This document shows positions 13,801 to 25,374 of a DNA stretch of 64,000 nt, in pieces (the stretch's first letter is position 1; every line of letters starts with the position of its first letter). This DNA comes from Octopus sinensis (Eukaryota): contig NC_043001.1 in the NCBI RefSeq assembly GCF_006345805.1, forward strand, positions 102,362,001 to 102,426,000, in the 5' to 3' direction. Position numbers and translations under genes: made by a program. The notes beneath the pieces are model-generated. The model was not told the DNA's origin, did no database searches, and saw only the letters and a list, made by a program, of their open reading frames with translations.

Positions 13801-15617
13801 CACATGGTCATAAAGTAGTGTGTTTGATACCCAGTTGCAATAGCTTCTATTTCACGTGGCTTTGGTCCACTCAGCTGGCAGAAATGAGTTGTACTTCTAT
13901 TGTATTTCAAAGGGCCAGGCTGGTCACATTCTGTGTCAAACTGAATCTTCCCGAGAACTACATGAATAATATGCATCACTGTGGTGTACTCAACCACTTG
14001 TACATTAATTTCAAGAGCAGGATGTTCCATTGATTCGATCAACCATAACACTCAATTTTACTAACAGAGTGCCAGCTACCAAGAATGGCTCAATGGCCAC
14101 CACAATAATGAAACATAGTTTCCCCTGGTCAATGTGACCTTTTGTCCCCAAAGAATAAGTAAAACATATATTTTGGTTGTACCTGATTCCTTAAAAGGAT
14201 CTATCTTGTGCCCTGTTCCCAAAGACAACATGGTACAGCAATAAAACGGACAGATTATGGAAACCCAATGTGCCAATGCTAAGGTAATGAAAACACCAGC
14301 TGCAGAAGCAATATGCAGTTTATGTGGTGAAAGGCAGAGTCTGCAGTGCATGTCAACATGCTCAAATGAGTCTTTCAGTGAATCTTCCAGTTAATTTAAG
14401 ATTAAAGTAGTCAGAAAAAAACATAATGTATTAGATTAAATGAAATTAATTCAGAAGATCATTTTTAAAAATTTACATCCTGTTTCAAAACAGACACTTT
14501 AATCAACAAATCTAATGAATTAGAATTAAAACTCAGAGACATTAAACACTTGCAAATATTATTGTAGCTAACAACAAAATAGTTTCTCACTGGATAGACT
14601 GCTGACTGGTCTGATGGCCAACTATTCCATCTTGAAGCTTTGCTTTCACTCACTCAACTGCTGTTGTCCAAGCACAGCACTAACACAGTGTCACCAAGTT
14701 TCCTTCGATTGAAGCATTTCATGGAATGTGATCCGAAGCATAAACATGGCTTATTAACTGGAATACACAACTTAATAATATCCCTTAATTGCTGTTTGAT
14801 TGGATGAAAACAAGGATGAGTGAGTGAGAAGGGTTGGAAAGGAAATGGGGGTGTGGGCGTGCAGAGCGAGTGGCTGGAGGTGAGGGTTGTTAGTCACAAA
14901 GTAAAGCCAGCCAGGCAGGTGGTGCGGAGGAAATGGGAAGGCAAATTATGTTGATGGTTCTGCTTGATGACTTCTTGTAGCAGCCTTTCACACCGGATGG
15001 ACAGCAAGCATTTAGCACTTTTCAATTGTTTACAGGCAAATAATGTTGTGATGGTAGTGGTAATGATGGAAACTGATGGGTGCGGATTGTAGTGGTAGTT
15101 GTGGTTGGTGGTGGTGGTGGTAGTGAAGAGAACTATAATGATGGACATGATAGATGCTGCTGTTTGTAATGGTAAAAGAGAGATGAGCGATATGCTGGAT
15201 GATTGTGAAAATAGCAGAAGAGGTAAAGGCTTTCATAACAGACAGTTTATGCTGATATTAACGAAGGAAGCTGATATTGTCAGTAATAATAGATTAAAGA
15301 GGGATTAGCTGGGGTAACTAGTGTAATTAGTACTGATAAGGTGAAAGTATTGGTGGCGGTGGGAAAAATCCGTCCGTCTCTACCACCAATCCATACACTA
15401 TATTCCAACTCTGTTGTGGAATCTGATCTCTGTACTCTCAGTGTAGTAACAAAGATTTCTATTTAATGCAGCTCAACAGCTCTCTTCCTCGTGTCTCTGT
15501 CTGAGGTCCCTACTCCTCTCTGAACACCTCCAACCATCAGCAACTGTTTGACTGTGTATAGCAATTCACCTGAAGCCATAATTCCTAATACACAACTCTC
15601 CTTGGGGCTCTCACACT

Positions 15618-15780
15618 TGGGTGTAGGTTATGGGTATGGATGGTGATGACAATGGCCAGTGCAGGCTGTTGTAAATAGTAATGGATTCCATTTCTGCACC
15701 AGAAATGGAATCATTTACAACTTCAAGCAGCCCTGCACTGGCTACTATCATCACCATTCACACCCATGACCAACATACCA
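15618..15780. repeat. Imperfect long hairpin with a perfect 13-bp apical stem
   Basis: GATTCCATTTCTG-cac-CAGAAATGGAATC (15684-15712), extended by ~80%-matching arms out to ~15618 and ~15780. Confidence 0.8.
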
Positions 15781-16546
15781 ATTCCTTAATACGCAACTGG
15801 CAGAAGTACTTCACCTTTGACCCCTTTCAACACTCTTACCATTCATATCCTTCTCTATATCCTTCATACACCCAAAACCAAAACATACTTCTCTCACAAT
15901 TGCATTGCAAATGTACAGAATAATGATGCTGCTTACTACAATTCTAGAAAGTTACCATCACACACTAATTCCCAACACTGCAATATACTGCCATTGTTGC
16001 CCCATAACTCCAAAAGATCTCTAAAAACTTCCCAGAATATTCCTCTCTGTAAGTATTCATCTAGCTTCTATGACCCTTAAACAGTGCACTCCACTGCCAA
16101 CTCCTATCCAAAGAAAACTTTCCAATCTTTCTGTTTCCACAGGTATCAGCTCTCATCTTTATGCTCTGACGGCACTTCCTTATGCTATTCTGTGACTCAT
16201 TTTGAAGAATGCCCATTTCTCTAAACTTTTTCTCACTTTCAACACCTGAAAAGTGATGAGTCAAGTTGCTAACCACTACTTCCTTTGTCTCTAACCTCTT
16301 TATAACCACAAGTAGACATTCTTTGGCATCAGATCTACTGTGAACTTACCTGTTAAAGTCACATGCCAATGTTTCACACTCTGCAGAACTTCAGTGAAAG
16401 CAACCTTATGGTATTTGATACAAGCAGATTCTTTGAATCTCACCGTGTCTGGGATGAGAACATTTCTGCTAAGTTAAGGTGGTGAGCTGGCAGAATCGTT
16501 AGAACGCTGGTCGAAATGCTTAGTGGCATAGTATAAATATATACCT

Positions 16547-16779
16547 ATTTCTTTACTACCCACAAGGGGCTAAACACAGAGAGGGCAAACAAGGACAAAC
16601 AAACAGATTAAGTCGGTTATATCGACCCCAGTGCGCAACTGGTACTTAATTTATCGACCCCGAAAGGATGAAAGGCAAAGCCAACCTTGGCGGAATTTGA
16701 ACTCAGAACGTAACGGCAGACGAAATACGGTTACACATTTTGCCCGGCGTGCTAACGTTTCTGCCAGCTCGCCGCCTTT
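16547..16779 (-). mobile_element. Young tRNA-derived SINE with 19-bp target-site duplication
   Basis: Minus strand ggcggcgagctggcagaaacgttagc...GAGTTCAAATTCC (B-box-like)...gggtagtaaagaaat; direct repeat atagtataaatatatacct at 16528-16546 and 16780-16798. Confidence 0.9.
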
Positions 16780-17689
16780 ATAGTATAAATATATACCTGT
16801 GGTATCTTATATATCTATATATGTAGATACATGTAGTACCTGTAAGAATATATTTTCCATATGTAAATGAAGTCACATTCTTTCCCAGCACTCAATACAA
16901 GTTTAGAATTCATGAAGTGGATAAGTTAAAAGTAATGACCGTAAGTTTAAAGTTAACCAATGATTAACAATGTGTCTAATGATGAATCACAACAAAATAA
17001 ATACATAAAATACATATAACAAAATAATACATAAAAAAAACATTTAAATATTTCTAGAAACAAAAAATAAATCAAAAGAGATAGATGTATGTACACACAC
17101 TTATACACACATGTGAGTGTATATGCATATGTGTGTGTGTGTGTGTGTGTGTGTGTATGCGTGTGCGCACGCCTGATATCAAATTCTCTATCTAGAGTGC
17201 TGTTAGTCTCTGACACAACAACTTCCTTTCTGCCTAATATCCACATAACTATAAAATTATCAGTTTCAGATAATCCATTTAGATTAATCCTCATATCAAA
17301 TACTATATCTAAATTGATATCAACATCACATAGTATATCTTAACTGCTTTTGATATCAAAGATATGTTAATTAGCAGCCATGGATGATGGCATACTGTCG
17401 TTATCTCAACACACAAGGTTGAAATGAAAGCCAGCTTTCCAGCATTATTAAGTTTAGAACATCAAACATATTCAGAGTAAACTAGTTTTCCCTGTTTTCT
17501 GTATGCGTATATTTATGTTTATATATGTGTATGTATGATATAGGTTGATATAGAATATTTCTGAAAACTTCAGCACTTTAGGTAGTAACTTTATAATAGT
17601 TTGAGGTGCTGGGTGAATAAGATAAAGAAAATACAATATCATCATATATATGTATATGCATCATATTAGATGTGTGTGTGTGTGTGTAT

Positions 17690-17890
17690 ATGGAGCAACT
17701 GTCTTTGAAGACTCATATTGTCGTTGAATGTTCGAAATGAGGAGCAGATAGACAGCCAACAACAGATGAAGGGTCATTTCCCTGTGTTTACTTGTCCAGT
17801 TTTCTTTTTTTCTTTCTCATCGTTTACGCATTTAACTCATTTGTCTACATATTTCATGTTGTTTACACAGTTGGTGACATCCCGTACCCA
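17690..17890. repeat. Unclassified interspersed repeat (inverted relative to the copy at ~33250-33452)
   Basis: gagcaactgtctttgaagactcatattg...ggtgacatcccgtaccc is the reverse complement of ~33250-33452. Confidence 0.7.
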
Positions 17891-17906
17891 TACATATATA
17901 TATATA

Positions 17907-18301
17907 CTAGCAGTATCGCCTGGCGTTGCTCGGGTTTGTAAGGGAAATAATTATATAAGCATTTTTAGAGATGTAAAGTATAATAGCCATCTCAATATGG
18001 CTAACCACAAAGGGGGAGGGGTGTTACTGTAGCTTTTTACGTTCTGAGATTTAATAATAAATTTTAGAGAGTTACTTCCCTTATATATGTCAAAAATGGA
18101 TTAAAAATGGGAAAAATTGATGGTAAATTTTTTTTTTAAATCGTAGACTCATCGTAGACGCGCGCTAATACCCAGACGGTCTCGATATGAATCACGACTA
18201 TAAGATACCCGGTTTTGGTTAAACTGCACTGCAAAATGTGGGAGTAGTTAGGAATCTAAATCGTAGGAGACAGACCACAACCTCACTTTTATATATAAAG
18301 A
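17907..18301 (-). mobile_element. Non-autonomous Helitron (family A)
   Basis: Minus strand begins A|TCTTTATATATAAAAGTG and ends with a CCCGAGCAACGCCAGG hairpin followed by GATACTGCTAG|T; closely related copy at 42679-43076. Confidence 0.8.
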
Positions 18302-18406
18302 TTTCCTCTATTTACATAATATTGAGGTCTCTTTCTTTCTTTTGTTATCTTACTGTTTTTACCAATATAAATATATATATATAAATATATATATAGTTAC
18401 AGAGAT

Positions 18407-18715
18407 GTACTTGCATAGCAAGTGACTTGATCTGAGATCGTGTGCTGGAACGAAAACAGTTGCAGCATTGAAGGTGTTTATAAGCCATTTAAGAAACACA
18501 CAAAAACCGTTAGATTCACTTCAACATTTAAATTTAATTTGTCAAAATATTTTCATCGCTTTGAGACCGCGACCTGTTAGCACATTTTTGTCAGTGAACA
18601 GGTCGCGGTCTCAAAGTGAAGAAAATATTTTGGCAAATTAAATTTAAATGTTGAAGTGAATGTAACGGTTTTTGTGTGTTTCTTAAATGGCTTACAAACA
18701 CCTTCCACGCTGCAA
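18407..18715. repeat. Foldback of an unclassified (possibly Penelope-like/retrozyme) repeat
   Basis: Arms 18460-18578 and 18597-18715 are reverse complements (119 bp, 7 mismatches) with an 18-nt spacer; both outer ends run into (AT)n. Confidence 0.9.
18587..18637 (+). ncRNA. Candidate minimal type I hammerhead ribozyme (G3-C8 variant, palindromic stem III); this copy partly degenerate
   Basis: TTTGTCA | GTGAACA G | GTCGC-ggtctcaaa-GTGAA | GAA AATATT T | TGGCAAA. The inverted arm supplies GCGAT for stem II and TGACAAA for stem I, giving full pairing. Confidence 0.6.
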
Positions 18716-19081
18716 TATATATATATATACACACATATATATATATGTATGTATGTATGTATGTGTGTATATGTGTATGCATGTATGTGTGTGTGTGTGC
18801 GTGTCTGTGCTTGTGATTGTCCTCCACCACTGCTTGACAACGAATGTTGGTTTGTTTACATCCCTGTCACCTAGTGGTTTGACAAAGGAAACAGATAGAA
18901 TAAGTACAATGCTTACAAAAATAAAACGAGTTGATTCATTAAACTACAATTCTTCAAGGCATTGCCCCAGCGTGGCCACAGACCAATGGCTGGAAAAAGC
19001 AGAAGAATAAAAGAATACATTCTTGCTTTGGTCTTATGTTCAAGGCATGAGAAAGCTTGAGTTTACATGAGAAGGCCTAAC

Positions 19082-19560
19082 AGACCTGGTAGAAACAGCA
19101 GCCAAATCTCCCTCAAATCACACCTTACTGTCTTATGTATGTATATATATATGAGCCAATGAGGGGGAACTCTACATGGTAGCTAGACCTGGTAGAAATA
19201 GCAGCCAAATTTCCCCAAATCACACCTTACTGTCTTATCTATGTATATATGTATGTATGAGCCTATGAGGGAGACCCCTACATGGCAGCTAGACCTGGTA
19301 GAAATAGCAGCAAAATTCCCCCAAATCACACCTTACTGTCTTATCTATGTATATATGTATGTATGAGCCTATGAGGGAGACCCCTACATGGCAGCTAGAC
19401 CTGGTAGAAATAGCAGCCAAATTTCCCCCAAATCACACCTTACTGTCTTATCTATGTATATATGTATGTATGAGCCTATGAGGGAGACCCCTACATGGCA
19501 GCTAGACATGGTAGAAATAGCAGCCAAATCTCCCTCAAATCACACCTTACTGTCTTATCT
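19082..19560. repeat. SINE-derived minisatellite, ~106-bp period, about 4.5 copies
   Basis: agac(c/a)tggtagaaa recurs at 19082, 19185, 19291, 19397 and 19504. Confidence 0.95.
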
Positions 19561-19789
19561 TTCTGCTACTTGGATATAGGTGTTATATTCGTTGTAAAAA
19601 ACTTTCCTGTCACACACTCACGCACACGCACACACACACACACACCCTCACACACACACACACGCGCACACCCACACACACCCACTCACACACGCGCACA
19701 CCCACACACACCCACTCACACACACGCACGTTAGCTTACAATTTTATTTATATATTTGCGTGTGTATATGTGGAAAGAGGAAGTGGGAG

Positions 19790-20095
19790 GCAGAGTGAAA
19801 GAATCACTCACTACAGTAAGTCAATTACTTTCATTTTATTCGTTGCCCACTGTGTGTGTGTGTTTGCGTGTGCTGTAAACCAGACTAAGAAAAGCATTTG
19901 ACACACACACCAGAATGTGAGTTTTCTGTAAATTTTGCTTAATTGGAGTTTAAATTTTAAAAACTGGACCTGGCATGACGCGATGCATTGTACTCTTAAA
20001 AATGCAAGGTAAATTGTAATTGAAGAAATCCTATATTGTAGATTTGTATAACTCCCAAAGGGAGGCAGATAAAATCTGCCTTTTATAATAAGAGA
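19790..20095 (-). mobile_element. Helitron-like non-autonomous element (family B), 5' part
   Basis: Minus strand starts A|TCTCTTATTATAAAAGGCAGATTTTATCTGCC (internal palindrome GGCAGAT/ATCTGCC), followed by a CA tract; homologous to 41569-41820. 3' end not defined. Confidence 0.55.
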
Positions 20096-20116
20096 TATAT
20101 ATATATATATATATCG

Positions 20117-20410
20117 ACTCGTGGCCGATGCCAGCGCCGCCTCGACTGGCTTCCGTGCCGGTGGCACGTAAAATACACCAATCCGACCGTGGCCGTTGCC
20201 AGCCTCGCCTGGCACCTGTGCAGGTGGCACGTAAAAAGCAACCACTACACTCACGGAGTGGTTGGCGTTAGGAAGGGCATCCAGCTGTAGAAACATTGCC
20301 AGATAAGACTGGAGCCTGGTGCAGCCTTCTGGCTTCCCATATCCCCGGTCGAACCGTCCAACCCATGCTAGCATGGAGAACGGATGTTAAACGATGATGA
20401 TGATGATGAT
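20117..20410 (+). mobile_element. 5'-truncated RTE LINE 3' end with (GAT)n tail
   Basis: gtgccggtggcacgtaaaa...ggttggcgttaggaagggcatccagctgtag...ccaacccatgctagcatgga..gttaaacgatgatg matches the 3' end of the LINE at 33828-34000. Similar fragments at ~3260-3510, 12770-12960, 22200-22570, 30830-31193, 40335-40500, 44600-44820, 47390-47540, 54300-54597 and 60238-60385. Confidence 0.85.
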
Positions 20411-22855
20411 ATCTATATATACACACACCACACACACACACATGTGGTCACATGCAAGACTGTGTCATTCACTTCACAACCCCATGTTTTCAGGTTCATT
20501 CCTGCAGCATGTCACCGGGGACAGTAATCTTTGGGCTGACCAATGCCGTGTGAGTGAAACTGGAGCACAGAAACTGTTTGTTTGTGTGTGTGCAGTTTTT
20601 GCATGTACACCCGCTTGTATTTTGGGCCTCTTTCTCTGCTGCATAAAACAATGTGAGTAGCAAAAACATGTTGGATTACAAAAGAAATTTGCTAGATCTT
20701 GTTGCAGTTTGAACTCTCATTTACTATAAATTGCATGCTTTCAATTTCTTAAGCAAAAACCAAAATGGTTACCCATCGAATAAAAAAAAACAAAACTGAA
20801 GGAAAGGAACAAGAAAGAATGAGAAGAAAGTTAGAATGGAAAGAAGGAGTCATAATGGCTTCAATTGGATGTGCATTGGCAATGGAAAAATACTTAGGGT
20901 TTATTTATAAAAAATGTAACATTCTGTCAGATGTAATGAGTTATCCAACATTAAAGTCATATTAATTTGTACAAGAAATGTTTTTTTTATTAGATTTATG
21001 CAAAAATCTGCATGTGTATAAGATAGGGAATTGTGGGAGAGGGTCTGAATGGATTTTTAAGTGGTTGGCTGTATTTGAAGGGGATATCTTGCGAGTTTGC
21101 TTTTTTTTTACCTTTAACTTGTTTCATTCGTTAGACCGTGGCCATGCTAGGGCACCACCTTGAAGAATTTTAGCTCAATTAGTTGACTCCAGGACTTTTT
21201 TTTAAAGCCTGGTGCTTATTGTATTGCTTTTTTTTTTTTGTCAAACTGTAAAGATACAGGGATGCAAACACATCGGTTGTCAAGCAGTGGAGGAAGGGGC
21301 AAACACACACACAACAGGTCTCTTTCAGTTTCCATCTACCAAATTCACTCACAAGGCTTTGGTTAGCCTGAGGCTGTAGTAGAAGACAGCTGCCCAAGGT
21401 GTCACGCAGCAGGACTGAACCTGGAACCATATGGTTGAGAAGAAAAACCTTCTTACCACATAGTCATGCCTGTACCTACAGTTTAACGACACACTCCACA
21501 TGTTAAATGGTTATCTATGTAACATGGTCTATAGAGGTCTGTCTAAAAGGCATTTTGATAGGCCAAATATGCCTAATGATCTCTAGTTTATAGAAAAATA
21601 TGTTTTGGAAAAATTCCGACTACACAAGGTTAACACTTACCTTGGCATGCACTTGACCGTAGTAATCTAGATAGACATATTAGAAACCTGTTTGGATATG
21701 GACCTTCACAAACCTCACATCTCATCACATATAGCCTTTCCATATAAAACCATAACACATACAATATACCATTAAACTAAGATGATACCATCTTCAAGCA
21801 TATCTGAAACATAGAAACCCCTTGAGAGAGGCCACCACGATTCCCCATCTCATGTACATTTTCACACAATTTCACACAAAAACATCTCTTATACGAATTT
21901 ATTTGGTTTTGATATCAGACACCAAATTGCATATAACAGAATATCACATTTGTCTATCAAACAACTTTCTGCAACTATTTTCCCATTGAAAATGCAGTCA
22001 AAACAAAGAGGCATAATTTGACTTACAAAAAGAGAAAATGTCTCTTTCATCTCCTTCTTGCTTCCTTCTCTCTTTTTCTTTTTTTTCATGTGAAGCCACT
22101 TTGTGACCAAGGGAATGAATGGCATGCAAATTTGTACTCCATTAGTTCAAATTACAGCCTGGCCATAAAACTTAAGCAGTTTATTTATTTAACATAAATC
22201 AGCATCATCATCATCATTTAGCATGGGCTGGATGGTTTGATCCGGGCTGGCAAGCTGTACCAGACTCCAGTCTGGTTTTGCATAGTTTCTATGGTTGGAT
22301 GCCCTTTCTAACACCAACCACTCTGAGAGTGTAATGGGTGCTTTTACATGCCATTAGCAGGGATGTCATTTGCATGGCACCGGTATCTGCCATGACTGCG
22401 ACTTTACTTAGCTTGATAGGTTTTCTTTTCAAGCACGACATAATGCCAGAGGTCCTGGTCCTGGTCCTCCATGAGGCCCAACACTTGAAAGGAGCTTTTC
22501 ATATGCCACCAGTATCGGCCACTTCACCTCCGTGAGGCCCAATGCTCAAAAGGTGTTGATTACGTGTCACTGGGTGCCAGTTACATGACATCAGCAGACT
22601 GAATAAAAATCATTTCTAACTCTACTGTTGACATTGAATTTTATCTGCTTGTTGAATGTTCACCCAGTCACAGATGTGTGTGTGTCGTCATCATTTGATG
22701 TGCTTTCCATGCTGACATGGGTTGGATAGTTTGACAGGAGCTGGTAAGGCCAGGGGCCATGCTAGGTTCCATTGTCTGCTTTTCCTAATGGCAAACACTA
22801 CAGAGTCGACTGGGTGCTTTTTATGTGGTGCCACCACTGATAGGGTCACCAAGTA

Positions 22856-23092
22856 CCTATTTCTTTACTACCCACAAGTGGCTAAACACAGAGAGGACAA
22901 ACAAGGACAGACAAACGGATTAAGTCGATTATATCGAGCCCAGTGCATAACTGGTACTTATTTAATCGACCCTGAAAGGATGAAAGGCAAAGCCAACCTC
23001 GGCGGAATTTGAATTCAGAATGTGACGGCTGATGAAATACTGCTAAGCATTTCGCCTGGCGTGCTAACGATTCTGCCAACTCGCCGCCTATA
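22856..23092 (-). mobile_element. tRNA-derived SINE nested in an RTE 3' fragment, with target-site duplication
   Basis: Same family as 16547-16779; agggtcaccaagta duplicated at 22842-22855 and 23093-23106. Confidence 0.85.
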
Positions 23093-23846
23093 AGGGTCAC
23101 CAAGTATCTTGAAGATGTCCCCACACATGCATGTGTGCATGCACACACACCCATCTATGCACAAATGCAAATTTTAATTCCACCTTTAATGCAAAACTCT
23201 GTACCACATCAGACAATTTCAAATGTTAAAACTCTCAAACTCTTATTTATTTATTAAAATGACTTGATACTTTCTTTCAATGGAAAATAGAATAAAGGCA
23301 GCAAACCATCTTAAACTTTTCCTACAATCCACTTTAAGCTTGGTGGCCATCCACACCAATACCTTACTTGATCCTCTCTCACAAGAAAAAAATATTTATT
23401 TATAAATTAACCATTTTTGGTCAGCATCTCTACATATATATCTCAGTTCTGTTAAACAGCCTGTTGCCCACTCTCTTAAGCCACACATTCAATGAATCAA
23501 TGCATTACATGCTGTGTGTACATACACAAGCAATCCTACGCAAGGAGTCAATTCAACTACAACCACACTTGAATTCTTTCGCTCCAACTTTTAGTAGCCT
23601 ACCACTACCACTACACAAGTAGCAGGAAAACTTCAAAGATTAAAAAACAAATTGAAAATTGAAAGAGAATGAAAAAAGGGGAAAATAGAAACGCAATTAC
23701 CTGAAACAAAAAAAAATTACTAAAAGAATCTGATAAGGAAAAAAAAAAAAATGGAAACAGAAAAGGTGGGGAAAAAAGTCAATAAAAAAGAAGAAAATAT
23801 AATATGTCGCCATATAATCTAAAAAGTTGGTAAAATTGCAACTCAC

Positions 23847-23960
23847 CTCGATTGAGGATATTTTGAAATACACTTTCAGGTGTTGAATCATTAAATGGTG
23901 GCACACCAGTGAGAAATTCAAACATACACACACCGAGAGCCCACCAATCAACAGCTTCAT
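23847..23960 (-). CDS. MASTL: Internal coding exon of Greatwall/MASTL serine/threonine kinase (subdomains IX-X)
   Basis: Translates (x)[37 protein letters not shown](D); the PPFNDxTPxxVFQNILxR signature is characteristic of MASTL/Greatwall. Flanked by a tttacAG acceptor (AG at 23962-23961) and a GTGAGT donor (23846-23841); 114 nt, phase 1/1. Confidence 0.88.
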
Positions 23961-25302
23961 CTGTAAACATAAAACAAAACAAAGTGATCTACACATGTAT
24001 GTATATATAAGCATGTATGTATATCTGGGAAATAAAAACTATGAGAGAAACTAGCATCTCTGTTCAGAGTGTGTGTGTGTTGGAAGCTCTAATAGAATTA
24101 AAACTATCTACAAAGAAAATTACATGGAATTGCTATGTTGCAACATGTCTCCACAGTTCTTTGTGATACAGAGAAAACTATGTTATATTACAGTTACATT
24201 GACTTTTGCAGATATTTTCCAACCTTATTTCTGAGAGATAGCATGGCAAGAATGAAGAGGAGGAGGGGGGGATAGGCACTTTTTTTTTTTTTTTTTACAG
24301 TGAAAGATAACATCAAGTAAAATGAAATACTTTGCAACAAAAAAAGAAAGAAAGCTGGTTAAAAAAAATGAAAAAATTCACTTCGAAAATAATTACTGTT
24401 CTTAAAAACGTAATTTTAAAGCTCACATTTTTTTTTTTAATGGAAATGAAATAGTTAGTCACTGACATCATCATTGCTGTCATCAAAACTAGAATTGTCA
24501 TCATCGTCATCATCACCATCACCATCTTCTACATCACTTACATTACTGACAAGTCATCAATACCTCTAATCATTAGAAATATCACCAACATCGCCTGTGA
24601 TACCACTGCAACCATCATCATCATCATCATCATCATCATGGGCATCATTTTAACTACATTGCAATTACTACCACTAACATCACTGCCCATCTCACACAGG
24701 GACTTCGATGTTCACCGATACCATCGACAGCTTCCCTTGGTGTTAGAGGACTCTGCAAAACCCGCACCATCAAATCCAAGCATACACTGATTGAATAAAT
24801 TACATCTCCTGACATTATTTCCAAAACAAAATGGAACCTAAAACTATTGGTACAACAGTCCAAATTGTCTCTTTTATTATCGGTGCACACAGAACAATTA
24901 AAAAAAATCTGGATGCAATACCCCAGGCTTTAGGTTTACCAGATATATTAAGATGTGTGCAAATGGCCGTGAGGTAGGTGTGGTGTGTTTGAGCTGTGGG
25001 CAGGAGCTAAGGAATAATTACACACAAGCTGACTGTAAAAGATCTGTGTTGAAGGACAAGATGAACAAGACTTTTAAATTTTAGTACAAAGCAGTCACTT
25101 TGGGGGAAGGGTGCTGGTTGATTAGATTGACCCCAATGTTTGACTGGTACTTTATTTTATTAGTCCCACAAAAGGATGCAAAGCAAGGCTGACCTCAGCA
25201 GGAGTTGAGCTCAGAGTGTGAAAAGCTAGAAAAAATACTGTGAAATGTTTTGTTCAAAGTGCTAACAATTCTGCCAGTTTATGACATTATATTATTATTA
25301 TA

Positions 25303-25374
25303 TTCCCATGCCAGGAATTGAACCCAAACTGCCTGGATGAAAGCCAAGAATCCTAACAACGAAACTACATAGCA
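25303..25374 (-). pseudogene. tRNA-Glu(TTC)-like pseudogene
   Basis: Minus strand ...gttaggattcttggcTTTCatccaggcagtttgggttcaattcctggcatgggaa resembles the tRNA-Glu anticodon and T arms; 5' acceptor stem and D arm are degenerate. Confidence 0.6.

Noticed and set aside
17690-17800. Hammerhead-like words (ttgaaga...cgaaa, ctgtc/gacag) in the repeat also found at ~33360-33452
   Set aside because: Stem II cannot be closed and the core register is off in both copies.
19082-19560. Regularly spaced repeats resembling a CRISPR array (also 34001-36080)
   Set aside because: The whole unit repeats with no unique spacers, the context is eukaryotic, and there are no cas genes.
23697-24014. ORF-track ORFs 23697-24014 and 23779-23982 as complete genes
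   Set aside because: Only 23847-23960 is kinase-like and bounded by splice sites; the rest is intron read-through or an alternative frame.
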